The notes under the pieces were generated by a model. That model made no database searches, had not been told where the DNA came from, and worked only from the letters and a program-made list of their open reading frames with translations. DNA of 57,904 nt. Source: an uncultured Candidatus Saccharibacteria bacterium. GTDB taxonomy: Bacteria > Patescibacteriota > Minisyncoccia > Portnoybacterales > UBA2143. Made by a program: the position numbers and the translations under genes. Shown here one piece after another: positions 26,944 to 36,147 of this stretch. The stretch is from contig CAYYLD010000003.1 of NCBI GenBank assembly GCA_964472495.1, positions 1 to 57,904 of the forward strand, written 5' to 3'. How positions within the stretch are numbered: the stretch's first letter is position 1; every line of letters starts with the position of its first letter.

Positions 26944-26973
26944 GGGTAATCACAAACAGATTACCCTTTTTTT
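26944..26973 (+). terminator. Intrinsic terminator
   Basis: GGGTAATC/GATTACCC plus T7. Confidence 0.75.
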
Positions 26974-27000
26974 ATTGAGCCAATCTTGGTATGATAGAAG

Positions 27001-27648
27001 ATGATGAAAACAGTCATCAATAAAGTAATCAAAATCTTAATTCTTTCTGATTTCACTTTAATTAGCGGAATCGGTTTTATCTCTCCTATCTTTGCTATTT
27101 TTTTGACTAGCCAGATTCAAGGCGGCAGTGTCAAAGTAGCTGGTTATGCGGCGGCTATTTATTGGGTTATTGTGTCTCTGGTTGTTATCCCCTTTGGCCG
27201 GTATTTAGATAAAAATCATGGCGAGAAAGACGACCTTTGGTTTATTATTATCGGCAATAGTTTAGCTGCTTTGGCTGTTTTCGGTTATCTCTTTTCTCGT
27301 CTTCCCTGGCATATCTATCTGCTCCAAGCGATTTATGCTTTTGGCATGGGAATGAATATTCCCGGCTATACGGCTATCTTCACCAGGCACATCGATAAAG
27401 GCCGCGAGGCCTTTGATTGGAGCGTTAGAAGCGCTTTGGCTGGCATAGGAGCCGGGACGACCGGTGCCTTAGGAGGAATAATTGCTCAACGATTTGGCTT
27501 TGATGCTCTTTTCGTCGGCGTCAGTATCTTTATTCTGTTAAGTGCCTTTTGGCCTTTGTTTATCGCTAAAGAAATGATTCCTAGAGATAACCGGGTCGTT
27601 AAAGTGCCGGAAACTAAAGGCATCCAACCATTCCAAACAAAAGGATGA
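27001..27648 (+). CDS. Half-size (about 6 TM) MFS-type transporter
   Basis: FISPIFAIF, GRYLDK loop motif, hydrophobic helices. Confidence 0.75.
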   Translation: MMKTVINKVIKILILSDFTLISGIGFISPIFAIFLTSQIQGGSVKVAGYAAAIYWVIVSLVVIPFGRYLDKNHGEKDDLWFIIIGNSLAALAVFGYLFSRLPWHIYLLQAIYAFGMGMNIPGYTAIFTRHIDKGREAFDWSVRSALAGIGAGTTGALGGIIAQRFGFDALFVGVSIFILLSAFWPLFIAKEMIPRDNRVVKVPETKGIQPFQTKG

Positions 27649-27740
27649 AAAACTTGGAATTGGCTCAGATTTTTTATCTACCACAGCCCCTCCCACCACC
27701 CGTTCTTTTTGCTCCGCAAAAAGAACAATACTTAAGGTAA
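27645..27740 (+). pseudogene. Orphaned duplicate of the polX 5' end (MKNLELAQIFY...) running into a palindromic insert
   Basis: First 33 nt match 27790..27822 (MRNLELAQIFY) with 5 mostly synonymous differences; ATGA-coupled to the MFS stop. Confidence 0.7.
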
Positions 27741-27789
27741 TTTTTATTCGTCCCGTAATTTTACGGGAAATAAATACCAACAGAATCGC

Positions 27790-29535
27790 ATGAGAAACTT
27801 AGAACTCGCCCAGATTTTTTATCAAATGGCTGATTTGTTAGAGATGAAGGAAATTTCTTTTAAGCCGCGGGCTTTTGAAAAAGTGGCCCGGGTTTTAGAA
27901 TCTTTAGAAAAGGATGTCGCCGATATTTATCGGGAAGGCGGCTTGGCCGCCTTAGAAAAGATTCCCGGGGTCGGTAAAAATATTGCCAAGAGGGTTGAAG
28001 AGTTTATCAAAACGGGCCGGATTAAGGATTACCAAAAACTAAAAAAGGAATGCCCGGTTGATTTAGAATCATTGATGGCTGTTGAGGGTCTCGGTTCACA
28101 AAAAATTAAAGTTCTTTACAAGAAGCTGAAAATCAAGAACCTTAGGGATTTGGAAAAGGCGGCTAAAGCGGGGAAGATAAGAAAGCTAGAGGGCTTTGGT
28201 CAAAAGAGCGAAAAGAATATCTTGCAGGGAATTGCTTTTGTCAAATCAAGTAAAGGAAGATTTTTGCTTGGTTTAATTTTGCCGGCCGTTAGAGAAATAG
28301 TCAGTCAGCTTAAAAATCTGCCCGAAACAGGCAAAGTTGAAGTAGCTGGTTCAATCAGACGAATGAAAGAGACCATTGGCGATATTGATATTCTGATTAC
28401 TTCAAATAAACCGGACAAAGTGATGAATTTTTTTGTCCGGATGCCTGCCTCGCCTGACGGCGGGCAAGACGGGCCTGAAGTAGTCAAGGTTTGGGCCAAG
28501 GGACCGACTAAATCGTCTGTTCGTCTTAAAGACGGCTTTGATTGCGATTTGAGAGTTATCAAAAGAGAGAGTTTTGGCGCCGCTTTGCAATATTTTACCG
28601 GCAATAAGGACCACAACATTCTGACTCGGCGTTTGGCCATCAAGAAAGGATTAAAATTGAATGAATACGGTATTTTCAGGGGCAGAAAGAGAATAGCCGG
28701 CAAAAATGAAAAAGAGGTTTATCAAACCATCGGCCTGCCCTATATTGAACCGGAATTGAGAACCAACAGCGGCGAAATTGAAGCGGCCTTGGCTGGTCAG
28801 CTGCCTAAAATAATTGACTATAGCGATATAAAGGGAGAGACACATTGTCATACTAATTGGAGTGATGGAGTTGAGACGATTGCCCAGATGGCCAAGGCAG
28901 CTAAAAAAATGGGTTATCGATATATAGTCATTACTGACCACGCCGGCTTTTTGAAGATAGCCCACGGCTTAGACGAAAAGCGCCTCTTGAAACAAATGGC
29001 TGAAATTGATAGAGTTAATCGACTGGTTTCCGGGATTAAAATTCTTAGGGGTTGCGAGGTCGATATTAAAGATGATGGTTCTTTAGCCATTAAGGACGAA
29101 GTTTTAGCCAAGTTGGACATTGTTCTGGGAGCTATTCATTCCAGTTTTAAAATGAGCAGAGCAGATATGACTACAAGATTATTACGAGCAATCAAAAATC
29201 CTCATATTGATATTATTGCTCATCCGACCGGTCGGCGTATTCAAAGGAGAGAAAGTTATCAATTCGACTTTGGTAAAATTTTTAAAGCGGCTAAGGAAAC
29301 CAAGACCGCTTTGGAAATTAACGCTCATTTTGACCGATTGGATTTGAAAGATACAGACGCTCGACAGGCCGTCCAGGCAGGTGTTAAACTGACTATCGGC
29401 ACGGATGCTCATAGTCCGCAGCACTTACCAATAATAGAGTTGGGCATTGCTCAGGCCCGCCGCGGCTGGGCGACAAAAAAGGATATTTTGAATACCCGTC
29501 CTTTAAAAGATTTTTTAGATTATTTTAAAAAATAG
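27790..29535 (+). CDS. polX: DNA polymerase X / PHP 3'-5' exonuclease
   Basis: HhH (IPGVGK), AGSIRR.KETIGDIDIL, YFTGNK, PHP HCHTNWSDG, TDH, GTDAH. Confidence 0.93.
   Translation: MRNLELAQIFYQMADLLEMKEISFKPRAFEKVARVLESLEKDVADIYREGGLAALEKIPGVGKNIAKRVEEFIKTGRIKDYQKLKKECPVDLESLMAVEGLGSQKIKVLYKKLKIKNLRDLEKAAKAGKIRKLEGFGQKSEKNILQGIAFVKSSKGRFLLGLILPAVREIVSQLKNLPETGKVEVAGSIRRMKETIGDIDILITSNKPDKVMNFFVRMPASPDGGQDGPEVVKVWAKGPTKSSVRLKDGFDCDLRVIKRESFGAALQYFTGNKDHNILTRRLAIKKGLKLNEYGIFRGRKRIAGKNEKEVYQTIGLPYIEPELRTNSGEIEAALAGQLPKIIDYSDIKGETHCHTNWSDGVETIAQMAKAAKKMGYRYIVITDHAGFLKIAHGLDEKRLLKQMAEIDRVNRLVSGIKILRGCEVDIKDDGSLAIKDEVLAKLDIVLGAIHSSFKMSRADMTTRLLRAIKNPHIDIIAHPTGRRIQRRESYQFDFGKIFKAAKETKTALEINAHFDRLDLKDTDARQAVQAGVKLTIGTDAHSPQHLPIIELGIAQARRGWATKKDILNTRPLKDFLDYFKK
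28444..28473. repeat. 30-nt hairpin insert (family B, CCTGCC-type) in frame in polX
   Basis: CCTGCCTCGCCTGACGGCGGGCAAGACGGG encodes PASPDGGQDG; stem TGCCTCGCC/GGCGGGCA. Confidence 0.65.
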
Positions 29536-29545
29536 GGAGGTTGTC

Positions 29546-29812
29546 ATGAAATCTAAGAAAGAATTGTTTGAAGAGACCGAACAGGTTCGGAAAGAGATTG
29601 TTGACTTAGTCAGAGCGCTTGATGGAGCCAATAATAGATTGCTTGCAGCACTTAACAGATTGGAGCAAGATAAACTTAGGCCAAATGAGCTGGTTAGAGT
29701 TCTTGAGGAGATAAGCGGGGACCAAAAATTTATTTCGTCAGACAGGGAAGAAGCAGTCCACGATATCCGTGGCTTAATAACTGCTCTAACAGCCGAACTC
29801 GAAAATGTTTAA
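29546..29812 (+). CDS. Hypothetical coiled-coil protein
   Basis: GGGAGG SD and helical heptad-like sequence; no motif. Confidence 0.55.
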   Translation: MKSKKELFEETEQVRKEIVDLVRALDGANNRLLAALNRLEQDKLRPNELVRVLEEISGDQKFISSDREEAVHDIRGLITALTAELENV

Positions 29813-29838
29813 AGATACTTTATCCAATTCTCTCAAAG

Positions 29839-29876
29839 GTCGCATTATGCTAAACTTGGTAATGCGGCTTTTGTTT
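29839..29876 (+). terminator. Probable intrinsic terminator
   Basis: GTCGCATTA/TAATGCGGC plus TTTTGTTTT. Confidence 0.5.
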
Positions 29877-29878
29877 TT

Positions 29879-30259
29879 ATGACGGTTCGAAAAACTCGCC
29901 AAACAATTAAAAACTGGCTTTTGGTTTTCTTTTGGGCTGGCTTTATTTTTTTTCTTTCCCATCAGCCAGATTTAAGTTCGGGCTTATCGCGGAACTGGGA
30001 TTTTCTTTTGAGTAATCTGGCCCATTTTTTAGAATACGCTGTTTTAACTTTTCTCTTGATTGAGGCTCTTCGGGGACATCAATCAGTCCGGAGAATAATT
30101 TTAATTTTGGCTGTTGTTTTGGCTGTCGGCTATGCCTTTTCCGATGAGTACCACCAGAGTTTTGTTTTCGGACGTCAGGCCTCCGGTCAGGATATCTTGA
30201 TTGACAGTTTAGGCGTCTTTTTGACTGTTTGGCTGGCTAAAAGGAAAGTGATGAAATGA
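29879..30259 (+). CDS. VanZ family membrane protein
   Basis: IFFLSHQP, AHFLEYAVL, YAFSDEYHQSFVFGRQAS..DILID. Confidence 0.9.
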   Translation: MTVRKTRQTIKNWLLVFFWAGFIFFLSHQPDLSSGLSRNWDFLLSNLAHFLEYAVLTFLLIEALRGHQSVRRIILILAVVLAVGYAFSDEYHQSFVFGRQASGQDILIDSLGVFLTVWLAKRKVMK

Positions 30260-30356
30260 CCAGAAATAACGTTGAAGCAAATAAATTTAGAAAAATATTA
30301 TCTTCTTATTTCGGGAATAATTTTTGCTTTGCTAATTTAAAGAAAAGATATTATCT

Positions 30357-30385
30357 TTGACTTTTTAATCATTTTTGGGTATATT
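30357..30385 (+). promoter_or_regulatory. Sigma70 promoter for the tRNA pair
   Basis: TTGACT-17 bp-TATATT. Confidence 0.55.
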
Positions 30386-30394
30386 TATAGTTAA

Positions 30395-30470
30395 GCGCCT
30401 GTAGCTCAGTGGATAGAGCGAAGGTTTTCTAAACCTTAGGTCGCGGGTTCGAGTCCTGCCAGGCGCTCCA
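30395..30470 (+). tRNA. tRNA-Arg (anticodon TCT)
   Basis: Acceptor GCGCCTG/CAGGCGC, anticodon arm AAGGT-TTTCTAA-ACCTT, encoded CCA. Confidence 0.93.
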
Positions 30471-30471
30471 T

Positions 30472-30544
30472 GGTACCCATAGCTTAACGGTTAGAGCTCT
30501 AGTCTGTGGAACTAGCGATGTGGGTTCAATTCCCGCTGGGTACC
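30472..30544 (+). tRNA. tRNA-His (anticodon GTG)
   Basis: G-1:C73 pair, acceptor GTACCCA/TGGGTAC, anticodon arm CTAGT-CTGTGGA-ACTAG. Confidence 0.93.
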
Positions 30545-30660
30545 CAAAGCTGATAATCGAGACCAATTCGGCTTGACAATATTTTAAATGTGATATACTA
30601 ACATTAGGTCAAAATTGACAGAAGGAAGTGAAATTGTACCTTTACAATAGGAGGAAATTC

Positions 30661-31896
30661 ATGAAAAGATTATTTGTTTTTCTGTTGGTATTATTTGGTT
30701 TTTGTTTCTTGGAAATCGGGATAATTAATGCTGTGAGTACTCCAGGCACTCTGAGGTGGACATTTCAAACTAAGGGTTGTGTGCAATCCTCTCCAGCCAT
30801 AGACTCCGACGGCACAATCTATATCGGCTCGAATGACCACAATGTCTACGCCGTCAATCCTGATGGAACGCTCAAGTGGGAATTTGTTACGGGTGGTCTA
30901 ATACATTCCTCTCCAGCCATAGACTCCGACGGCACAATCTATATCGGCTCGAATGACCACAATGTCTACGCCGTCAATCCTGATGGAACGCTCAAGTGGG
31001 AATTTGTTACGGGTGGTGGAATAGATTCTTCGCCAGCCATAGGCCTTGATGGCACTATCTATGTTGGTTCATATGACCACAATGTCTATGCCATCAATCC
31101 AGATGGTACTAAAAAATGGGAATTTTGGGCCGGTTATAAGGTTTCATCGTCTCCAGCAGTAAGATTTGACGGCATGGTCTATATTGGTTCCGATTGCGAC
31201 AGGCTTTTTGCTATCAACCAGGATGGAATTTGTGTGTGGAATTTTATAGGATTAGACATTCGCTCCTCTCCGGCTATAGATTCTGATAATACGGTCTATA
31301 TTAGCTCGGCTGATGATAAGATCTATGCTTTCAACCCTGACGGGACGCTCAAATGGGAGTTTGCTACTGGAAGTGGCTGGGACCTTGAGTGGGCAATATC
31401 CTCTCCGGTCATTGGAACAGATAATACAGTTTATGTTGGCTCGTATGATGGAAATGTCTATGCCATCAACCCTGACGGAACGCTCAAATGGGAGTTTCTC
31501 ACTGGAGCTAAGGTACGTTCTTCGCCGGCCATAGGCCTTGATGGCACGATCTATGTCGGCTCACGTGATGACAAGGTATACGCCATCAACCCTGACGGCA
31601 CTCTCAAATGGGACTTTACGGCTATAGCAGTCTATTCCTCGCCAGCTATTGGAGCTGACGGTACTATCTATATGGGAGCGGATGATGGGAAGTTATACGC
31701 GATATACGGAGATTCAGGAGGATTAGCAGATTCGCCTTGGCCTATGTTTGGTCATGATTTGAGACATACCAGTAGCGGCGGAAATAATCAGGCTCCAATT
31801 GACAATGGAGGAAATGGTGATAATGGACATCTTACCACCTCAAGCGACTTGGATAATGATGGCGGATGTTTCGTTTCTATAGTAGCCTTACCATAA
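30661..31896 (+). CDS. Secreted PQQ-like (BamB-type repeat) beta-propeller protein with GGCF tail
   Basis: About eight SSPAI.xDGTIYxGSxDxxVYAINPDGTLKWxF repeats; signal peptide; start at ATG 30661. Confidence 0.88.
   Translation: MKRLFVFLLVLFGFCFLEIGIINAVSTPGTLRWTFQTKGCVQSSPAIDSDGTIYIGSNDHNVYAVNPDGTLKWEFVTGGLIHSSPAIDSDGTIYIGSNDHNVYAVNPDGTLKWEFVTGGGIDSSPAIGLDGTIYVGSYDHNVYAINPDGTKKWEFWAGYKVSSSPAVRFDGMVYIGSDCDRLFAINQDGICVWNFIGLDIRSSPAIDSDNTVYISSADDKIYAFNPDGTLKWEFATGSGWDLEWAISSPVIGTDNTVYVGSYDGNVYAINPDGTLKWEFLTGAKVRSSPAIGLDGTIYVGSRDDKVYAINPDGTLKWDFTAIAVYSSPAIGADGTIYMGADDGKLYAIYGDSGGLADSPWPMFGHDLRHTSSGGNNQAPIDNGGNGDNGHLTTSSDLDNDGGCFVSIVALP
30787..31017 (+). repeat. Exact 111-bp tandem duplication with 120-bp period
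   Basis: 30787..30897 is identical to 30907..31017. Confidence 0.92.
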
Positions 31897-31955
31897 CAAT
31901 AATTTAAGTTTCAGTAAATTCAAATAATCACCAGACTTCCTTTATATGTCCTCAA

Positions 31956-31986
31956 GGCAGAGTCAAAGACGGCTCTGCCCTTTTTT
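31956..31986 (+). terminator. Intrinsic terminator
   Basis: GGCAGAGTC/GGCTCTGCC plus T6. Confidence 0.65.
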
Positions 31987-32026
31987 ATTGTCAAATTATT
32001 AGAATCTGTTATACTATATACAATCT

Positions 32027-32884
32027 ATGTCAGAGATTATAGAAAATTTTCTTAATCAATTAGGACCCTGGTTTTTTTCGCACGGCCTAAAAATTATTGC
32101 CGTTATTGTCGTTGCTTATTTCATCCGTCGTTTTGGCGATGTTTTTATTGAAAAGATTGTTAGAAAAGCCGTCATCAGTGACCATTTCTTGAGTAGAGAA
32201 GCAGAGAAAAAAAGAGAGAATACTTTAATTAAAGTATTTGAAGGAACTTTAGGAATGGTTATTTGGGCAGTAGTTAGCCTGATAATTTTATCGGAGTTTG
32301 ATATTAATATCGGGCCACTTTTAGCCGGGGCCGGAATTGCCGGAGTGGCCTTTGGCTTTGGCGCTCAATATATCGTCCGCGACTTTTTAAGCGGTTTTTT
32401 CCTTATTTTAGAAAATCAATACCGAGTCGGCGATATCATCTGTGTTGACGATACTTGTGGCAGTGTTGAAAATATTAATTTGAGGATGACTATTTTACGA
32501 GATGTTGACGGGACAGTCCACTATATTCCCAATGGCGAGATAAAAAAGGCAGCTAATTTATCTAAAGAATTCGCCCGAGTTAATTTGAAAGTAGGTATTG
32601 CTTATGATTCAAATTTGGAAAAAGTGGTTAGAACAGTTGATCAGATTGGTCAAGAAATCAGTCAAGACAAAGAATGGAAGGATAAAATTATCAAGCGACC
32701 GGAATTTGTTCGAGTCGATGATTTCGCTGATTCAGCAATAATAATCAGGATATCAGGCGAGGTTAAACCCTTGGAGCAATGGGGAGTGCTTGGTGAATTG
32801 AGGAAAAGATTAAAAATCGCCTTTGATAAAGAAGGCATTGAAATTCCTTTCCCTCAAAGGGTCATTCATCAGGCTAAAGATTAA
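32027..32884 (+). CDS. mscS: Small-conductance mechanosensitive channel
   Basis: LLAGAGIAGVAFGFGAQ, ENQYRVGD, IPNG, GIEIPFPQ. Confidence 0.93.
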   Translation: MSEIIENFLNQLGPWFFSHGLKIIAVIVVAYFIRRFGDVFIEKIVRKAVISDHFLSREAEKKRENTLIKVFEGTLGMVIWAVVSLIILSEFDINIGPLLAGAGIAGVAFGFGAQYIVRDFLSGFFLILENQYRVGDIICVDDTCGSVENINLRMTILRDVDGTVHYIPNGEIKKAANLSKEFARVNLKVGIAYDSNLEKVVRTVDQIGQEISQDKEWKDKIIKRPEFVRVDDFADSAIIIRISGEVKPLEQWGVLGELRKRLKIAFDKEGIEIPFPQRVIHQAKD

Positions 32885-32887
32885 AGG

Positions 32888-32976
32888 ATAATTTATTATC
32901 TGAGCTTGTCGAAGATAATAAATTATTTATGGCAGATAAAATTTCATCCCTCGACCAGCTCAAGAGATAAAATTTC
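32888..32976. repeat. Palindromic element with pseudoknot potential
   Basis: 14-bp perfect stem ATAATTTATTATCT/AGATAATAAATTAT; loop TGAGCTTGTCGA complementary (11/12) to TCGACCAGCTCA at 32951-62; direct repeats AGATAAAATTTC. Confidence 0.6.
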
Positions 32977-32986
32977 GCCTATTCGT

Positions 32987-33015
32987 TTGACATTACAATA
33001 ATAATCTGCTATTTT
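32987..33015 (+). promoter_or_regulatory. Promoter of the str operon
   Basis: TTGACA-17 bp-TATTTT with an extended TG. Confidence 0.55.
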
Positions 33016-33048
33016 GAGAAAGGCGGGTTATTTTTTTTGCTTTAAATT

Positions 33049-33534
33049 ATGCCGACTATTCATCAGCTAGTTAAAAATTCGAGAAAAAAGACAAAGAAGA
33101 AACCGAAGGCGCCGGCTCTTTGGCGAGGTTTTAATTTACTTAAAAACAAACCAAAGAAATATCCTTCACCTTTTAAGCGAGGTGTTTGTTTGCAAGTTAA
33201 AACAGTGGCCCCCAAGAAACCGAATTCAGCTTTACGAAAAGTGGCCCGGGTCAGATTAACTAATGGTATGGAAGTAACTGCCTATATTCCCGGTATCGGT
33301 CATAATTTACAGGAGCACTCGGTGGTTTTGTTGCGGGGCGGTCGGGTTAAAGACCTGCCCGGCGTTCGTTATCACGTTGTCCGCGGCGTTTTAGACACGG
33401 AGGGAGTGGAAGGTCGTAAACAAAAAAGGAGTCGTTACGGAGCCAAAAGGCCGGGTAGAGAAAAAAAAGCGGGAACCGAGGCAACTGAGCCAGCTGAGGA
33501 AAAAGAAACTAAACCAGAAGAGGAACAAAAATAA
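33049..33534 (+). CDS. rpsL: 30S ribosomal protein S12 with acidic C-terminal extension
   Basis: [27 protein letters not shown]. Confidence 0.98.
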   Translation: MPTIHQLVKNSRKKTKKKPKAPALWRGFNLLKNKPKKYPSPFKRGVCLQVKTVAPKKPNSALRKVARVRLTNGMEVTAYIPGIGHNLQEHSVVLLRGGRVKDLPGVRYHVVRGVLDTEGVEGRKQKRSRYGAKRPGREKKAGTEATEPAEEKETKPEEEQK

Positions 33535-33536
33535 TT

Positions 33537-34007
33537 ATGAGAAGAAAGAAAAAAGTTAAAAGAATAATTAATCCTGACCCCAAATATGACAATACTTTGG
33601 TGGCTAAGTTTATTAATCAGCTGATGAAAAAAGGCAAGAAGTCAGTCGCCCAAAGAGTCCTTTATCGGTCATTTGAAATATTAGCTGAGAAAAATAAAGA
33701 CAAGGACCCCTTGGAGATATTTGACCAAGCGATTAAAAATGTTTCTCCCCTGGTCGAGGTAAAATCGCGGCGAATCGGCGGGGCTCATTATCAAGTGCCT
33801 CGGGAAGTGCATGGTGAGAGGCGGACTACTTTAGCTATCCGTTGGCTGCTTCAGGCCGCCCGGAGCAAAAAAGGCAAGCCAATGGCTGAAAAATTAGCCG
33901 CTGAATTATTGGACGCTTCTAAAAATACCGGGGCGGCCGTCAAGAAAAAAGAAGATACTCACCGAATGGCTGAAGCCAACAAGGCCTTCGCCCATTTCGC
34001 TTGGTAG
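33537..34007 (+). CDS. rpsG: 30S ribosomal protein S7
   Basis: PDPKY, SRRIGGAHYQVP, HRMAEANKAFAHF. Confidence 0.98.
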   Translation: MRRKKKVKRIINPDPKYDNTLVAKFINQLMKKGKKSVAQRVLYRSFEILAEKNKDKDPLEIFDQAIKNVSPLVEVKSRRIGGAHYQVPREVHGERRTTLAIRWLLQAARSKKGKPMAEKLAAELLDASKNTGAAVKKKEDTHRMAEANKAFAHFAW

Positions 34008-34010
34008 TTT

Positions 34011-36131
34011 ATGCCCAGACAATATCAGATTGAGAAAATTAGAGATATTGGCATCATCGCTCACATTGATGCTGGCAAAACAACCGTGACCGAACGGGTC
34101 CTTTTTTATACGGGCATTTCCCATAAGATTGGTGAAGTCCACGAAGGCGAGGCGATTATGGACTGGATGGCCCAAGAGAAAGAAAGGGGCATTACCATTA
34201 CTTCGGCCGCGACCACTTGTTTTTGGACGCCGCGTGATTATCTATCTAAAGAACCGGGCCAGTATCGGATTAATATTATTGATACACCCGGTCATATTGA
34301 TTTTACGGTCGAGGTCCAGCGTTCTTTGAGAGTGCTTGATGGAGCCGTAGTTATCTTTGATGGGGTAGCTGGTGTAGAACCGCAATCGGAAACAGTCTGG
34401 CGGCAGGCCGATAAATTTAAGGTGCCGCGGCTTTGTTTTATTAACAAACTCGACCGAGTTGGCGCTGATTTCGAAAAAAGTTTGGAGTCAATTTGGCAGA
34501 GATTAACTCCCAAGGCGGTCGCCTTGACCATACCGATTGGCTTGGAAGAAAAGCATCAAGGGATAATTGACTTGATTACCATGAAAGCCTATAAGTTTGA
34601 AGGCGATTATGGAGAGAAAGTTAGCCAGGAGGAAATTCCTGAAGAGTTAAAAAAAGAAGCTGAAGATTATCGGAATAAATTGCTGGAAAAAATTGCTGAC
34701 CAGGATGACCAAATCGCCGGAAAATATTTAGAAGGTCAATCAATAGAGGAAGAAGAAATCAGGCGGGTCTTGCGTCAAGCAACTATTGATTACCAATTAG
34801 TGCCGGTTTTTTGCGGTTCGGCTTTGAAAAATAAAGGAGTCCAGCTTTTACTGGACGGAGTGATTGATTATTTACCTTCGCCAATTGATTTACCAGCCGT
34901 GGAAGGTTTTGACCTTAAGGACGAAACTAAGAAATTAACCAGGGAAAGCAAAGATGAAGCTCCTCTGGCTGCTTTGGTTTTTAAAATTGCCACCGACCCT
35001 TTTGTTGGACAATTAGCTTATCTAAGAATTTACTCAGGTACCTTGACGTCTAGTTCTTATGTGTTAAACTCTAGCACAGGCCAGAAAGAGAGAATCGGCC
35101 GCCTCTTGAGAATGCACGCCGATAAAAGAGAAGAAGCTAAAGAATTTTATGCCGGTGATATCGGAGCAGTTATCGGCCTAAAAGAAACAACCACCGGTGA
35201 TACCCTCAGTGATTCCCAGGAGCCAATTATTTTAGAAAAAATAGTTTTCCCCGAACCAGTTATTTCTATTGCCATTGAACCAAAGACCAAGGCCGACCAG
35301 GAAAAAATGGGTATCGCCTTAAAAAGATTAGCCGAAGAAGACCCGACTTTCCAAATTAAAGGCGATCCGGAGACCGGTCAAACAATTATCTCCGGCATGG
35401 GCGAGTTGCATTTAGAGGTAATCGTTGACCGGATGTTAAGGGAATTCAAGGTGGGAGCCAATATTGGCCAGCCGCAGGTGGCTTACAAAGAAACGGTCAA
35501 AAAGATGGCTGAAGCTGAAGGTAAATACATCCGGCAGACCGGCGGTCGCGGTCAATACGGTCATGTTTGGTTGAAAGTAGAACCTCAGGAGCGCGGTCAA
35601 GGTTTTACTTTTGTTAATGCGATTAAAGGAGGCATTATTCCACAGGAATTTATTCCGGCTGTTGAGAAAGGAATTAAGGAAGCATTAGATAAAGGAGTTT
35701 TAGCTGGTTATCCGTTGGTTGATTTGAAGACAACTCTTTATGACGGTTCTTTCCATGAAGTAGATTCTTCGGAAGCGGCTTTCAAGATTGCCGGCTCAAT
35801 TGCTTTACAAGCGGCCGTCAAACAAGCTGATTTGATTTTATTAGAACCGATTATGAAGTTAGAAGTAGTTACTCCGGAGCAGTTTATGGGTGACGTTATT
35901 GGCGATCTTAATTCCAAGCGAGGTAAAATTTCTAAGATGGAAGATAGAGGCGAGGGAGTCAGTCAGGTCAAAGTGATTGATGCCCAAGTCCCCTTGGCTG
36001 GTATGTTCGGTTACGCTACTCAATTACGTTCAATGACTCAAGGTCGAGCCACCTTCACCATGGAATTTGACCATTACGCTGAAGTGCCTAAGAATGTAGC
36101 TGAAGGGATTGTTGGCGGAGGAAAGAAATAA
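34011..36131 (+). CDS. fusA: Elongation factor G
   Basis: [30 protein letters not shown]. Confidence 0.98.
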   Translation: MPRQYQIEKIRDIGIIAHIDAGKTTVTERVLFYTGISHKIGEVHEGEAIMDWMAQEKERGITITSAATTCFWTPRDYLSKEPGQYRINIIDTPGHIDFTVEVQRSLRVLDGAVVIFDGVAGVEPQSETVWRQADKFKVPRLCFINKLDRVGADFEKSLESIWQRLTPKAVALTIPIGLEEKHQGIIDLITMKAYKFEGDYGEKVSQEEIPEELKKEAEDYRNKLLEKIADQDDQIAGKYLEGQSIEEEEIRRVLRQATIDYQLVPVFCGSALKNKGVQLLLDGVIDYLPSPIDLPAVEGFDLKDETKKLTRESKDEAPLAALVFKIATDPFVGQLAYLRIYSGTLTSSSYVLNSSTGQKERIGRLLRMHADKREEAKEFYAGDIGAVIGLKETTTGDTLSDSQEPIILEKIVFPEPVISIAIEPKTKADQEKMGIALKRLAEEDPTFQIKGDPETGQTIISGMGELHLEVIVDRMLREFKVGANIGQPQVAYKETVKKMAEAEGKYIRQTGGRGQYGHVWLKVEPQERGQGFTFVNAIKGGIIPQEFIPAVEKGIKEALDKGVLAGYPLVDLKTTLYDGSFHEVDSSEAAFKIAGSIALQAAVKQADLILLEPIMKLEVVTPEQFMGDVIGDLNSKRGKISKMEDRGEGVSQVKVIDAQVPLAGMFGYATQLRSMTQGRATFTMEFDHYAEVPKNVAEGIVGGGKK

Positions 36132-36147
36132 GTGTATAATTAAAGAT

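Noticed and set aside
26860-26950. Resemblance to a c-di-GMP-I riboswitch (GCCTCCGG...CGGGGT)
   Set aside because: The GNRA loop and GACGCAAA-type junction are missing.
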